Below are positions 18,351 to 28,885 of a stretch of 64,000 bases of DNA, one piece after another. The translations under genes were made by a program, and so were the position numbers. A model generated the notes under the pieces. The model worked only from the letters and a program-made list of their open reading frames with translations. It made no database searches and had not been told where the DNA came from. The stretch's first letter is position 1. Every line of letters starts with the position of its first letter. The stretch lies in NCBI GenBank assembly GCA_963712235.1, contig CAVQHC010000009.1, forward strand, positions 137,086 through 201,085, read 5' to 3'. This DNA comes from an uncultured delta proteobacterium (GTDB lineage Bacteria; Myxococcota_A; Polyangia; Polyangiales; Houyiibacteriaceae).

Positions 18351-19367
18351 GACTGAGGTACGCTGCGCAGATGGTTGTTGGCGATATCGGCCCAGGAGCC
18401 GTCCGGCTCGAGCGTCAGGTACTGCCGCCAATGCGGCCGCGCGGCAACGCGCTCACCGCGCTCTTCGAGCGCCATCGCGAGGTTGAAATGGGCATCGGCA
18501 AACGAAGGGTCGCTTCGGAGCGCCTCGCGGAATAGCTCGATCGCCTCGTCCACTTCGTCGCGCTCGAAACAGAGAAAACCCAAGTTGTAGAGCGCTTCGG
18601 GCTGTTCGGGGTCACTGCCGAGCGCCTGGCGGTAGTACTGTTCGGCGGCTTGTAGCTGCTGGCGGCGGTATTCGAGGTTCCCGAGATTGGTGAGCGCATT
18701 GGACAGCGTCGGGTCGAGCGACAGGGCCTTCTTATAGGCCTGTTCAGCTTCGTCAAAGGTGTTCTCGTCTTCGTCGAAGCGGCAGCCCTCGAGATAGTGC
18801 TCGTACGCGCGAGCCCGATCATCATGGTCGAAGTGCAAGAGCCGAACGACGTCGGACGCCAAACTGTCGATGCGGAAGTCGAGCACCGCTTGGCCGGTCG
18901 TCGGTTCATAGGCGCCGGCTTCGTCCTGCACGAGGACGGTGCGTCCGTCCGCCATGACGCGAAGCTCGGATAGCGGTCGTGTCGTCTTTGGAAACGCCTC
19001 CCGCAAGGACTCCACCGTGCGGCGCACTTGACGAAGTGGCACGCCCTGCTCGAGAAGCCCTTTCGCTGCGCGCACCCCCACCAAGTCTTGAAAGCTGTAG
19101 TAATTGCGGCCCTCGACCCGCACCGACGGAGCAAGCACCCCGGAGCGATGCCAGTATCGAAGGCGCGTGGGCTTGAAGCCAAACAGCCGAGCCACCTCTG
19201 TCACGGTGTACAGTCCTGAATGCGGATCGCTGCTCGGCGGCGCCGGCTGCGAGGGCGCCGGCTCCAGGTTTGCGGCCCGGGTCAGCTTGCCATCCGCCCC
19301 GAATCCAACGCGAATTACGTTGTCCCGATCGCTGCCTTCGCTCAAGTCAGTCTCCACCGGGACAATA
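18347..19367 (-). CDS. MerR-family HTH protein fused to TPR repeats
   Basis: YTVTEVARLFGFKPTRLRYWHRSGVL...YYSFQDLVGVRAAKGL is a MerR-type HTH. The C-terminal half has TPR units (AYKKALSLDP, YYRQALGSDP, LFREALRSDP). There is no in-frame ATG, so I propose the GTG at 19365-19367. The rest of the 653-aa track ORF is antisense to a real gene. Confidence 0.7.
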
Positions 19368-19438
19368 GGCCGAGCTTGCCGCCGTGCAAGCGTCGATGCC
19401 GACCCGCGGCACCCGGCCGACGGTGCTAGGGTTCCGCC

Positions 19439-20110
19439 ATGGCGCACCCTCCAGCAGCGGGACCGATCGCGTTCCTTTCGGATGTGCACGGCAATCTCAC
19501 GGCCCTCGAGGTGGTCCTGAGGGAGCTCGAACGGCTCGGCGTGAAGCGCGTCTACGTCGCTGGCGACCTCTTGCTCGGTGGCGAGGAACCGCTCGAAGTC
19601 TGGCATCGGCTGCAGGCCGCAGGGGCGATCTGCACGCGTGGCCCCTCCGACATGGCCCTCGGTTCGGTCGATCCGGGGAGCCTCGTGCCCATCGACAGCG
19701 AGCAGCGCAAGCAGGCCCGGCTCTTCGCGGAAACCAGGGCGGCGATCGGAGACTTGGTGGCGGAGCGCCTTCGCCGCTTGCCGGAGCAACAGCGGATTCC
19801 GCTGATCGACGGTCGCGAAATCTTGATGGTGCACGGCTCCCCCGCCGACAGCAGCCGCGAGATCGGACACGACCTGACCGACGACGAAATCCTCGCTCTG
19901 CTCGACGACGACCCGGCCGACATCATCGTCTGCGGCTCGACCCATGTGCCGTTCCAGCGCGCCGTCGAGGAGTATCACGTCGTAAACGTCGGCTCGGTGG
20001 GCGCTGCGCCCGAGGGGCAGGTCGCCCACTACACGGTCTTGACGCCACGAATGAGCAACGCGGAAATCCTTCAGGACTGGGTCAGCTACGAGGAGCCCGA
20101 AGCGTCCTAG
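19439..20110 (+). CDS. metallophosphoesterase (calcineurin-like, YfcE/MJ0936-type)
   Basis: Motifs IAFLSDVHGN, VAGDLL, MVHGSP and CGSTHVP in canonical order. Confidence 0.8.
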   Translation: MAHPPAAGPIAFLSDVHGNLTALEVVLRELERLGVKRVYVAGDLLLGGEEPLEVWHRLQAAGAICTRGPSDMALGSVDPGSLVPIDSEQRKQARLFAETRAAIGDLVAERLRRLPEQQRIPLIDGREILMVHGSPADSSREIGHDLTDDEILALLDDDPADIIVCGSTHVPFQRAVEEYHVVNVGSVGAAPEGQVAHYTVLTPRMSNAEILQDWVSYEEPEAS

Positions 20111-21453
20111 CCGGCCGCGGCCTTGGGCTCGTCCGGCTCCTCGGTGCTGGCGCGAAGCATCTCGACCCGTCGAACCCGGCGCTCGTCGGCGTCGAGAATC
20201 ACGATCCGGTAGGGCCCCGCAGCGAGCGTTTCGCCGAGGGCGGGCACCTGACCGAGGAGGTGGACCAGCATGCCGCCAAGGGAATCGAAATCGCCTTTGT
20301 CCTCGCAAATCGCTTCGCCCAGTTGCTCTTCGAGGTCGTACACCGAGATGCTCGCGTCCACGAAGTAATGCCCCGGGGCACGCTCGTAGACCAGGGGCGC
20401 CTCTTCGTCGTGCTCGTCCTGAATCTCGCCCACGATTTCTTCGACGATGTCTTCTAGCGTGACGATCCCCGCCGCTCCGCCGAACTCGTCGACCACCACA
20501 GCAAGATGCGAACGTCGCCGCTGCATCTCTCGAAGCAGGACGCCGATCTTCTGGCTCTCAGCGGCAAAGAAAACAGGCTTTCGCAACACGTCTGCCAAGA
20601 GGACGTCGGTCGTGCTCGAGCTACCGCCCAAGAGCTGGAAGAGGTCCTTGGCGTAGAGAATGCCTTCGACTTGGTCGATTTGTCCGCGGTACACCGGGTA
20701 GCGGCTGTGCCCCGACTCGACGATGCTCGCGAGGACCTCATCGATGCCGGTATCGATTTCGAACGCCACGACCTGCGTCCGAGAGACCATGATCTCACGC
20801 GCCACGGTGTTCTTGAACTCGAGGACGCTGCGGAGCATCTGCGCATGGTCCTCCGCGATGGTCCCGGTCTCCTCGCCTTGCTCGATGACGTGCTCGACGG
20901 CCAGCTGGGCGAGGCGGCCCGGGTCCTGCGGCTGGATGGGTGGTACGACCTTTCGAACCATCGCGTCGAGCCATCCGAGCGGCGCGGCCAGTGGTGTGAG
21001 CAGGACGTCGACGGGTCGGAGCCATTTCCAGATCAGGAGGGTGGCTCGCCCGGAACGCTGGCGCACCACCGCGCCTGCAAGTGTGGCAAGGACCGCGTAG
21101 GCCGCCGAGATGGCAAGCACCGCGAAGACCGCCGCGGCAACACCGCTCGACTGCAGAAGCGTATGGGCGACGAAGACCGCAGCGAGCGTCAAGCAGAGCA
21201 CGCGCCCGGTCAGGAGCCGGGACTGCACGGCCGTGGGGTCTCTGAGGACGCGTTCTGCGACCTTGGCATTGCCGTCGTCGGCCTCCAAGACCGCCTGCAA
21301 GCCCGCTTCACCGAGCGCGTGCAAGCCGGCGCTAACAGCTGCAAGCAGCGCGCCTAGCCCGACGCCGCCGACGATCGCGGCGGCCAACTGTAAACTTGGA
21401 ACGTCCAAGGCCTTGTGCGCTTTCAGACTACCGAGGACCGCAATCGGCCGCAA
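20107..21453 (-). CDS. CNNM/DUF21-CBS-CorC_HlyC family transporter (hemolysin-related divalent-cation efflux family)
   Basis: N-terminal 4-TM DUF21-like region, a CBS pair (TVAREIMVSRTQVVAFEID...GHSRYPVYRGQIDQVEGILYAKDL), and a C-terminal CorC/HlyC-like domain. Confidence 0.85.
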   Translation of the reverse strand: MRPIAVLGSLKAHKALDVPSLQLAAAIVGGVGLGALLAAVSAGLHALGEAGLQAVLEADDGNAKVAERVLRDPTAVQSRLLTGRVLCLTLAAVFVAHTLLQSSGVAAAVFAVLAISAAYAVLATLAGAVVRQRSGRATLLIWKWLRPVDVLLTPLAAPLGWLDAMVRKVVPPIQPQDPGRLAQLAVEHVIEQGEETGTIAEDHAQMLRSVLEFKNTVAREIMVSRTQVVAFEIDTGIDEVLASIVESGHSRYPVYRGQIDQVEGILYAKDLFQLLGGSSSTTDVLLADVLRKPVFFAAESQKIGVLLREMQRRRSHLAVVVDEFGGAAGIVTLEDIVEEIVGEIQDEHDEEAPLVYERAPGHYFVDASISVYDLEEQLGEAICEDKGDFDSLGGMLVHLLGQVPALGETLAAGPYRIVILDADERRVRRVEMLRASTEEPDEPKAAAG

Positions 21454-21462
21454 CAGCCGGGG

Positions 21463-22677
21463 TCAGCCACCTCGGCGCTGGTCCCGAAGAGCCCGAATTC
21501 GCAAGCGAAGTGCGTTCAATCGGATGAATCCCGTCGCGTCCTGTTGATCGTAAACCTCGTCTTCCTCGAAGGTCGCGAACGCAGGGTCGTAGAGGCTGTT
21601 TGGGCTGCGCCGCCCCACCACCGTGGCGCTGCCCTTGTACAACTTGATGCGCGCCTCGCCCGTGACGTCTTTTTGGGCGTCGTCGATGAGAGCTTGAAGC
21701 ATCTCCCGTTCCGGTGCGTACCAAAAACCGCGATAGACCAGCGACGCATACTCGGGGATCAGGCCGTCGCGAATCCTGAGCACCTCCCGGTCGCAGGTGA
21801 CCGACTCGACCGCTCGGTGCGCCTTCTGAAGGATGGTCCCGCCCGGGGTCTCGTACACGCCGCGCGATTTCATCCCAACGAATCGATTCTCGACAATGTC
21901 GACACGGCCGACGCCGTGCTTCGAGCCAAGCTCGTTAAGACGCAGGATGAGTGCGGCCGGCGAAAGACGCTCGCCGTTCACGCTGATCGGGTCACCCTTC
22001 TCGTACCCGATGAGCACGTACTCCGGGGAACTCGGCGCATCCTCGGGGTCGGTCGTCCAGCGGAACATCTCCTTGAGCGGCTCGTTCCAAGTGTCCTCGA
22101 GCACGCCGCCCTCGTAGCTGATATGAAATAGGTTTGCGTCCATCGAGTACGGTTTTTCCGCCGTGACCTCGATCGGGATCTTTCGAGCTTTGCAGTAGTC
22201 GATGCAATCGCTCCGCGATTTCAAAGACCAGGTTCGCCAAGGTGCAATGACTTCGATCCGCGGGTCGATCGCCATCGCGGTGAGCTCGAAGCGGACCTGG
22301 TCGTTGCCCTTGCCGGTAGCACCGTGCGAAATCGCACTTGCGCCCTCTTCCCGGGCCACCTCCATCATCGCCTTGGCGATGACGGGGCGAGCGATCGAAG
22401 TGCCAAGCAGGTAGTCACCTTCGTAGACGGCGTTGGCGCGCAGCATCGGGAAGCAGAAGTCCCGTGCGAACTCTTCTTTGAGGTCCGCGATGATGCACTT
22501 CGAAGCTCCGGTCGCGCGGGCTTTCTCATCTAAACCGCCGAGTTCCTCGCCCTGGCCGACGTCGGCGCAAAAGGCGATCACTTCGGCGTCGTAGGTCTCT
22601 TTTAGCCAGGTCAAAATGACCGATGTGTCGAGGCCGCCGCTGTAGGCGAGCACAATCTTCTTCGGGGAGCCAGCCAT
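21463..22677 (-). CDS. argG: argininosuccinate synthase
   Basis: [39 protein letters not shown] and full-length similarity to type I ArgG. Start chosen at MAGSPKK (22675-22677). Confidence 0.92.
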   Translation of the reverse strand: MAGSPKKIVLAYSGGLDTSVILTWLKETYDAEVIAFCADVGQGEELGGLDEKARATGASKCIIADLKEEFARDFCFPMLRANAVYEGDYLLGTSIARPVIAKAMMEVAREEGASAISHGATGKGNDQVRFELTAMAIDPRIEVIAPWRTWSLKSRSDCIDYCKARKIPIEVTAEKPYSMDANLFHISYEGGVLEDTWNEPLKEMFRWTTDPEDAPSSPEYVLIGYEKGDPISVNGERLSPAALILRLNELGSKHGVGRVDIVENRFVGMKSRGVYETPGGTILQKAHRAVESVTCDREVLRIRDGLIPEYASLVYRGFWYAPEREMLQALIDDAQKDVTGEARIKLYKGSATVVGRRSPNSLYDPAFATFEEDEVYDQQDATGFIRLNALRLRIRALRDQRRGG

Positions 22678-22725
22678 GGGGCGGGATGGTACTGGTCCAC
22701 TGACCCGGCGCAAGCGGGCGCGGCG

Positions 22726-23328
22726 TCAGGCGACCCGGATGATGGCCTTGGCGTCGAGAAGCTCGGTAAACACGCGAAGCGCCTCCAACCTGCCCATCTC
22801 GCAAATCTCGAGCACCTCGGCGACCGTCGTTTGGCCGTCCACCAGCGACAAGAGCAACGCCGCCTGGGGGTCGAGGCCCAGCCACTTCACCTTCGCCGAT
22901 GGGACCGCGAGGTTGAAAACATAGTCGAGCGAGCCGATGCGGTTGATGTAGCGGGTCTCGAGGCGGGCCCGGCTGTTGACCGCATACTGCTGTGCGTTCT
23001 GGTCGTCCGGGTTGAGGCCGAGGAGCAGCTCGGCAGCGCTCAGCGACCTCGCGTAGTCGCCGAGCGCGAAGCAGTCGGCGATTTCGGCGTGCAGAACGTC
23101 GGGGCTCGCTTCACCGGCTTCCGGTGTCTGAGGCCGCGCTGGCGGCGGCGCGGTTGGCGCGAGGCTTCGTCGACCTCGATCGGCGACCCAGGCGTCTCCA
23201 GAGATGCGACGCGTCGGCCGCTCATGAATGTTCTGCGCCTCGGGCTCCGCAGCCAGGTCGATTGCGCCATCGTCAGCCAGCACGCCGGGGAACGACGAAT
23301 CGCTGGACCCTGGTTTAACAGAAGCCAT
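22726..23328 (-). CDS. hypothetical protein (200 aa) with a disordered N-terminus and a C-terminal ~50-aa domain shared with the neighbouring J-protein
   Basis: C-terminus GLDPQAALLLSLVDGQTTVAEVLEICEMGRLEALRVFTELLDAKAIIRVA aligns by eye with residues ~20-70 of the J-protein at 25201..26628. The start lies 3 nt after the Hsp70 stop. Confidence 0.6.
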   Translation of the reverse strand: MASVKPGSSDSSFPGVLADDGAIDLAAEPEAQNIHERPTRRISGDAWVADRGRRSLAPTAPPPARPQTPEAGEASPDVLHAEIADCFALGDYARSLSAAELLLGLNPDDQNAQQYAVNSRARLETRYINRIGSLDYVFNLAVPSAKVKWLGLDPQAALLLSLVDGQTTVAEVLEICEMGRLEALRVFTELLDAKAIIRVA

Positions 23329-23331
23329 GGC

Positions 23332-25164
23332 TCACGCCGACTTGCCGACGACTCCCTTGAACATGCGCTGCGTCCGGCCGAGCGACTCGAGCTCGTCTTG
23401 GAGCGCTGCGATGTCGCCCCGCTCGAGCAGCGTCCGGGCATTGTCGACGACGCCCTTGGCCTTGTCGATGGCGTCACGCCCGAAGTCACTGCCCGCCACG
23501 ATCGATTCGACCTCTGGAAAGAGGCGCTCGATTTCGGCGATCAGCGTTTCGGCTTCTTGGCGAACCTTCTCGGAAGCCTCGTCCTCACGCCGCGAAACGG
23601 CGAAATCCGATGCGTCGACCATCATCTCGTTGATTTCGTCCTCGGTGAGGCCGCTGGTCGCCGTCACGGTAATGGACTGCTCCTTGCCGGTCTCGACGTC
23701 CTTCGCATGGACGCTGACGATGCCGTCCGCGTTGATTTCGAACGTCACCTCGACCTCCACCTGGCCGGCGGATGCGCGGCGAAGCCCCGTCAAAATGAAC
23801 TCGCCAAGGAGCTCGTTGTCCTCTGCGCGTCGCGACTCGCCCTGAAGAACCAGAATTTTAACGGCGGTCTGATTGTCGCGAACCGTCGTGAACGGCTTGC
23901 TGCGAGACGTTGGAACCGTCGTGTTCTGGGGGATGAGCTCTTCGAAGTAGCCGCCGACGACCATGATGCCGAGCGTGTGCGGCGTGACGTCGAGCAGCAC
24001 CATGTCGAGCTCCGGAGAGTCGTCCACGAGCGCGGCACCCTGGATGGACGCGCCAAGCCCGACCACCTCGTCGGGATGCACGCCCTTGCAAGGGTCACGC
24101 TGGAAGAATTTGCTGACCCGCTCCTGGACCTTGGGCATCCGGGTCATGCCGCCCACGAGAATGATGTCTTCAATCTCGTCCTTGGTGAGACCTGCTTCAC
24201 CGAGGGTGAGCTCGCAGATCTGGACGGTTCGGTCGACGAGATCGGCCGTCAGCTCTTCGAGCGTGGCGCGTGTGAGAAGGCGCTGAAGGTGAAGCGCCTC
24301 GTTGCGTGCACTCGAAATGATGAACGGAAGGTTGACCTCCGTCTCGGTGACGGCAGAAAGCTCGCACTTGGCCTTCTCGGCTGCGTCTTTGAGGCGCTGC
24401 AGCGCCATCCGGTCTTGGCGAAGATCGATGTCGTGCTCGTGTTGGAAGCCTTCGACGAGCCAGTCGATCACGCGCTGATCGAAGTCTTCTCCACCTAGGA
24501 ACGTGTCGCCGGCGGTGCTGATGACCTTGAAGACGCCGGTGCTAGCGATCTCGAGAATCGAAATGTCAAAGGTGCCGCCGCCGAGGTCGAAGACTGCGAC
24601 CGTGCGATCGATGTTCTTTCCGAAGCCGTAGGCAAGCGCAGCCGAAGTCGGCTCGTTGATGATGCGAATGACGTCGAGGCCGGCGATCGCACCGGCGTCT
24701 TTGGTGGCCTGTCGTTGGTTGTCGTTGAAGTACGCGGGCACCGTCACGACGACCTTGTTGACCTCTTCACCGAGGTAGTCCTCCGCGACCATCTTCATCT
24801 CTTGAAGGACCATCGCGCTGATCTCGGGGATGCTGTAGACCTTGTCGCGCATCTTGATGCGGCAGTCGCCATGCGGCCCTTCCACGATGTGAAACGGCGT
24901 AGTCTGGATGGTGTTCTTTACCTGAGGGGTCTCCCACTTCCGCCCGATGAGGCGCTTGCAGGCAAACACCGTGTTCTCGGCATTCGTCACGGCCTGTCGC
25001 TTTGCGATGTGGCCCACCAAACGCTTTCCGCCCTCGGTCACGGCCACCATCGAAGGGGTGACCTTGTATCCCCCCCGATTTGCGATGACCACGGGCGTGC
25101 CGCTTTCTACGACGGCGACGCACGAGTTGAACGTACCTAGGTCAATCCCGATGACTCTTTCCAT
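23332..25164 (-). CDS. Hsp70-family chaperone (DnaK paralogue)
   Basis: [37 protein letters not shown] and a substrate-binding domain. 610 aa, with no EEVD-type tail. Confidence 0.9.
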   Translation of the reverse strand: MERVIGIDLGTFNSCVAVVESGTPVVIANRGGYKVTPSMVAVTEGGKRLVGHIAKRQAVTNAENTVFACKRLIGRKWETPQVKNTIQTTPFHIVEGPHGDCRIKMRDKVYSIPEISAMVLQEMKMVAEDYLGEEVNKVVVTVPAYFNDNQRQATKDAGAIAGLDVIRIINEPTSAALAYGFGKNIDRTVAVFDLGGGTFDISILEIASTGVFKVISTAGDTFLGGEDFDQRVIDWLVEGFQHEHDIDLRQDRMALQRLKDAAEKAKCELSAVTETEVNLPFIISSARNEALHLQRLLTRATLEELTADLVDRTVQICELTLGEAGLTKDEIEDIILVGGMTRMPKVQERVSKFFQRDPCKGVHPDEVVGLGASIQGAALVDDSPELDMVLLDVTPHTLGIMVVGGYFEELIPQNTTVPTSRSKPFTTVRDNQTAVKILVLQGESRRAEDNELLGEFILTGLRRASAGQVEVEVTFEINADGIVSVHAKDVETGKEQSITVTATSGLTEDEINEMMVDASDFAVSRREDEASEKVRQEAETLIAEIERLFPEVESIVAGSDFGRDAIDKAKGVVDNARTLLERGDIAALQDELESLGRTQRMFKGVVGKSA

Positions 25165-25200
25165 GCCCCACTTCCAAAGCGCTCAGATGCGTTTGTCGCA

Positions 25201-26628
25201 TCACCCCGCGAGCTGCTCCCTAAGATTTTTCACCATCTCGTGCCCCGGGTCCAGCTTTGCTGCCTCATCGAGCTCTTTCGCCGCACTGTTGTCCATGCCG
25301 GCGTGGATGTAGATACGGGCCAAAAGCAGCCTGGCTTCGAGCGAATCCGGGGATAAGTCGAGGCTCCTTTGGGCAAAATCCCGCGCTTTTCGGAGATCGC
25401 CGCCGGCCCTGAGAAGGGCCCTGGCGGCGCGCCGAGGAGCAATTGGGTCCTCCGGGGCGGCCTCGGCGACCTTCGCCCAGGAAATGCTAGCGGCGGCCCA
25501 GAGGTTGTTGTCCTCTTCGTAGGTCGCCTGTTCCCGATGGATGTCGAGGAGCTGTACGCGAAGCCGCGAATTGACCCGGCGGTACTGATCTTGAACGTCG
25601 CTGCGACTCGAATCGAGAGTGATCGCCATTCGTAGCGCCGTGGCCGCTGCAGCCAGGTCGCCCTTGGCCTCCGCCATCCGAGCCGTTTCGATGTGATGCT
25701 CGGCGCGATCCACGCCACCGGTTAGCCCGGCTGTTTGCTTGAGCGAACGGGTCAGATCCCGGAGCGCGGTCTTCGTTCCGACCGTGTTGGTGGGTGTGGG
25801 CATCGATCGCACCGAGCCGGCGCGCTTCGACGGCCGCAAGGGTCGACCGCCGAGCTTTTTCTCGAGCAGCTCGCGCTTGCGTCGCATGCGTTCGTGCTCT
25901 CGCGTCCCCGGCACGACTGAAATGGGCTTCTTCGCTGGCGCCTTGCTCGGCTGCCATTGCTGGGACGGAGCCGCCGCGTCGACCGGCCCCGCTTGACGTT
26001 CGGCGATGGGCGCACGCGTCAGCGCCTTGGACATCGCCTGCGCACGCTGCTCGACGCGGCTGATCTTCTCTTCGGCGGCGGACACCACGACGCTTCTCTT
26101 GAGGTAGTGATCGTAGGCCTCACGCTTCTTTTGGCGACCGATGACTTCGTACGCATCCGTCACCTTCCGGAAGATCACCTCCATTTGCGCTTTGAACGAA
26201 CCGAGACGCTTTCCGTAGTAGGAGTCGGGATGGAAGGTCTTGGAGAGCGCGAAATACGCCTTACGGATTTCCGTGCGGTCGGCGTCCGTTGCGACCCCGA
26301 GCAGCTCGTAGTGGTTGAGCCGGTCGGCCCGTTTGAAGGTCTGCAGGATCTTCTCCTGAAGCGCTTCATCGATCTCGACGTCCTCGATGAGCTGTGCGGC
26401 CGGTGGCGCGCTTGAGACCTTCGCGCCAACCCATTCGACGAGTCCGAGGGAGATCAGTCTTTCGATCGACTCGGTAACGAGCGCAGGTTCTAGCACCGTC
26501 AGGTCGGCGATGTCGTCGACGTTTAGGACCCCATCGACGCACGAATGCACGAATGCCTCCTGCGGGCTCATGCTGTGCGCGCCAAGGTCTGCCTCTTCGG
26601 CCTGTCGCGGAATTCGCTCCTTCGACAT
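25201..26628 (-). CDS. J-domain protein with an N-terminal partner-like domain and C-terminal TPR repeats
   Basis: J domain NHYELLGVATDADRTEIRKAYFALSKTFHPDSY (HPD present). Helical TPR-like C-terminus. N-terminal AFVHSCVDGVLNVDDIADL... motif. Confidence 0.8.
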   Translation of the reverse strand: MSKERIPRQAEEADLGAHSMSPQEAFVHSCVDGVLNVDDIADLTVLEPALVTESIERLISLGLVEWVGAKVSSAPPAAQLIEDVEIDEALQEKILQTFKRADRLNHYELLGVATDADRTEIRKAYFALSKTFHPDSYYGKRLGSFKAQMEVIFRKVTDAYEVIGRQKKREAYDHYLKRSVVVSAAEEKISRVEQRAQAMSKALTRAPIAERQAGPVDAAAPSQQWQPSKAPAKKPISVVPGTREHERMRRKRELLEKKLGGRPLRPSKRAGSVRSMPTPTNTVGTKTALRDLTRSLKQTAGLTGGVDRAEHHIETARMAEAKGDLAAAATALRMAITLDSSRSDVQDQYRRVNSRLRVQLLDIHREQATYEEDNNLWAAASISWAKVAEAAPEDPIAPRRAARALLRAGGDLRKARDFAQRSLDLSPDSLEARLLLARIYIHAGMDNSAAKELDEAAKLDPGHEMVKNLREQLAG

Positions 26629-26697
26629 CGACTCTCTAGCTTCCCCCCGTCTGCAGAGTCTAGCTTGGCGCTTGGCTCGGCAGCCAGTTCGCCGGCG

Positions 26698-27609
26698 CTA
26701 GACCATGAGCCACTCCAATAGAGCCTTCTGGGTGTGTAGGCGGTTCTCGGCCTCGTCCCAAACCCGGGACTGCGGGCCATCGATGACCGCGGCGCTCACT
26801 TCTTCGCCACGATGCGCTGGCAAACAGTGGAGGAAAATCGCATCTGTCGCCGCCCGGCTCATGGCCGCCTCGTCGACGATGAAGCCAGCAAACGCGCCTC
26901 GTCGCTCCGAGGCCTCGTCCTCCTGCCCCATGCTCGCCCAGACGTCGGTGCTGACCACGGTGGCGCCCTCCAGGGCCTCCTCGGGCCGATCGACGACTCG
27001 AACCTTCGCGCCGCGCGCCCGCGCATCGGCCAGAACTTGCTCATCTGGCTGGTATCCGGCCGGGCATGCGAGCACGAGCTCGAAGCCTGTCAATCCGGCC
27101 GATACGATCCATGAGTTCGCCATGTTGTTGCCGTCGCCGATCCAGGCCGCGCGTGCACCGTCGAGCGTAGGCCCGAAGCTCTGGCGGATCGTCATCATGT
27201 CGGCAAGAAGCTGAACGGGGTGAAATTTGTCCGAGAGCCCGTTGACGACAGGGATGGTGGCGTAGCGCGCTAGCGCCTCGAGGCGGTCGTGCCCGAACGT
27301 TCGGTAGACCACGCCGTGGACGTATCGGCTCAACATGCGGGCGGTGTCTTCGACCGGCTCTCCGCGCCCAAGCTGGGTATCCTTCGAGTTGAGTGTGACG
27401 GGCTGGGCGCCGAGCTCGTGGATACCCACCTCGAACGAGAGGCGGGTCCGCGTGGATGCCTTTTCAAAGACGACCGCAATCGACTTGCCCTTTAGCGGCT
27501 GTGGGTGTGCGGGCGAGCGGCGAAGCGCCTTCAGCTCATCTGCCCGGTCGAGCACCCGAAAGAGCTCCTCCCGGCTCAGGTCGGAGATCGTGAGGAAGTC
27601 GCGCGTCAT
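26698..27609 (-). CDS. argF: ornithine carbamoyltransferase
   Basis: FEKASTRTRLSFE, TDVWASMGQE and HCLPAHRGEE motifs. Confidence 0.9.
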   Translation of the reverse strand: MTRDFLTISDLSREELFRVLDRADELKALRRSPAHPQPLKGKSIAVVFEKASTRTRLSFEVGIHELGAQPVTLNSKDTQLGRGEPVEDTARMLSRYVHGVVYRTFGHDRLEALARYATIPVVNGLSDKFHPVQLLADMMTIRQSFGPTLDGARAAWIGDGNNMANSWIVSAGLTGFELVLACPAGYQPDEQVLADARARGAKVRVVDRPEEALEGATVVSTDVWASMGQEDEASERRGAFAGFIVDEAAMSRAATDAIFLHCLPAHRGEEVSAAVIDGPQSRVWDEAENRLHTQKALLEWLMV

Positions 27610-28817
27610 GGCTTCCTCGGCGCTTCGGCGAGCACCCTCGCCAAAATCGAAAGGCCTTCGTCGAGTTCCTCGCGAGTCACGTTGAGGGAGGGTGAAATTC
27701 GGATGACGTTTCCGCCGGCGAGCGTGAGCAGGAGCCCGGCGGAATGAATCGCGGCGAGCGTCGAGCCGGGATCGACGTCGTCGGCCAAGACGATGCCCTG
27801 CAGCAGGCCGAGGCCCCGCGTGCCTTGCGTAGCCTCGAGCTTTGCGTCGAGCTCAACAAGCCGTTCGGCGAGATACACGCCGAGATGCCGCGCGTTCTCG
27901 ATCAGCCCTTCCTCGTCGATGATGTGCAGCACGGCAAGGCCCGCGGCACAGGCGAGCGGATTGCCGCCAAAAGTGGTTGCGTGGCTCCCGGGGGGCAGGC
28001 CTCCCGCAACTCGATCGGTCACTGCCATCGCGCCGAGCGGGAACCCTCCGCCGATGCCTTTGGCGAGCGAGCAGGCGTCCGGGATCGTGTCGAACCATTC
28101 CTGCGCGAGGAATCGACCAGTCCGGCCGTATCCGGATTGGATTTCGTCCAAGAAGAGCAAGGCGCCCCGCTCGTCGCAAATCCGGCGCGCGCCTCGCACG
28201 AACTCGTCGGTGCCGAGGATGATCCCGCCCTCGGCTTGAATCGGTTCGAAGATCACGGCCGCGGTGCGGTCGGTCACCGCTGCGTCGAGGGCGGCGAGAT
28301 CATTGAAACCGACGAAGCGCACGCCATCCACCAAAGGCCCCATGCCTCTGTGGTACTTGGGCTGCCCGGTCACCGACAGCGACCCCATCGTCCGACCGTG
28401 AAAGCTGTTGTGGGTCGACACGAATTCCGTTCGATGCTTGTCGCCCCGGTCGTAGTGGTAGCGGCGCGCGAGCTTGAGCAACGACTCGTTGGCTTCGGAG
28501 CCGCTGTTGCAGAAGTAGACCTTGTCGAACGGAGTCCGCGCGCAAATCGCCTCGGCGAGCTCGATGGCGCGATCGTTGTAGAAGATGTTCGACACGTGCA
28601 TTAGGCGAGCCGCCTGGTCCGCGATTGCCGCGGCCAGTGTCGGGTGGCTGTGCCCCACCGAAAGCACGGCAATCCCTCCGGAAAGGTCGAGGTATTCGCG
28701 GCCGGAGGCGTCGGTCACACGACGTCCGCGCCCATGCGTCAGAACGAAGGGCGCCGGTGCATAGTTGCCGAGCTGAACCTCTTTGGCGGTTCGGAGCATG
28801 TCTGCCTGCCTGGTCAT
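27606..28817 (-). CDS. argD: acetylornithine aminotransferase (class III PLP aminotransferase)
   Basis: GIAVLSVGHSHP, FLDEIQSGYGRTGRF and SLAKGIGGGFPLGA (PLP lysine region). I prefer the ATG at 28815-28817 (AAAGG-like SD upstream). The track ORF start at 28853 is an alternative. Confidence 0.85.
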   Translation of the reverse strand: MTRQADMLRTAKEVQLGNYAPAPFVLTHGRGRRVTDASGREYLDLSGGIAVLSVGHSHPTLAAAIADQAARLMHVSNIFYNDRAIELAEAICARTPFDKVYFCNSGSEANESLLKLARRYHYDRGDKHRTEFVSTHNSFHGRTMGSLSVTGQPKYHRGMGPLVDGVRFVGFNDLAALDAAVTDRTAAVIFEPIQAEGGIILGTDEFVRGARRICDERGALLFLDEIQSGYGRTGRFLAQEWFDTIPDACSLAKGIGGGFPLGAMAVTDRVAGGLPPGSHATTFGGNPLACAAGLAVLHIIDEEGLIENARHLGVYLAERLVELDAKLEATQGTRGLGLLQGIVLADDVDPGSTLAAIHSAGLLLTLAGGNVIRISPSLNVTREELDEGLSILARVLAEAPRKP

Positions 28818-28885
28818 GCGGTACCTTTTGGTAAGCTCGCGACATACCACCATTGCCCCGGGCCGTCGACCCTGGCACGGCCGGC

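Noticed and set aside
20107-20110. Convergent genes (metallophosphoesterase and CNNM transporter) sharing the palindromic CTAG as both stop codons
   Set aside because: This is real but trivial: a coincidence of TAG stops on both strands. No terminator or regulatory structure is evident.
19368-20308. N-terminal ~310 codons of the 653-aa ORF 18347..20308
   Set aside because: This part is antisense to a well-supported metallophosphoesterase gene (19439..20110) and reads as Arg-rich nonsense. Only the MerR-TPR portion downstream of about 19367 looks like protein.
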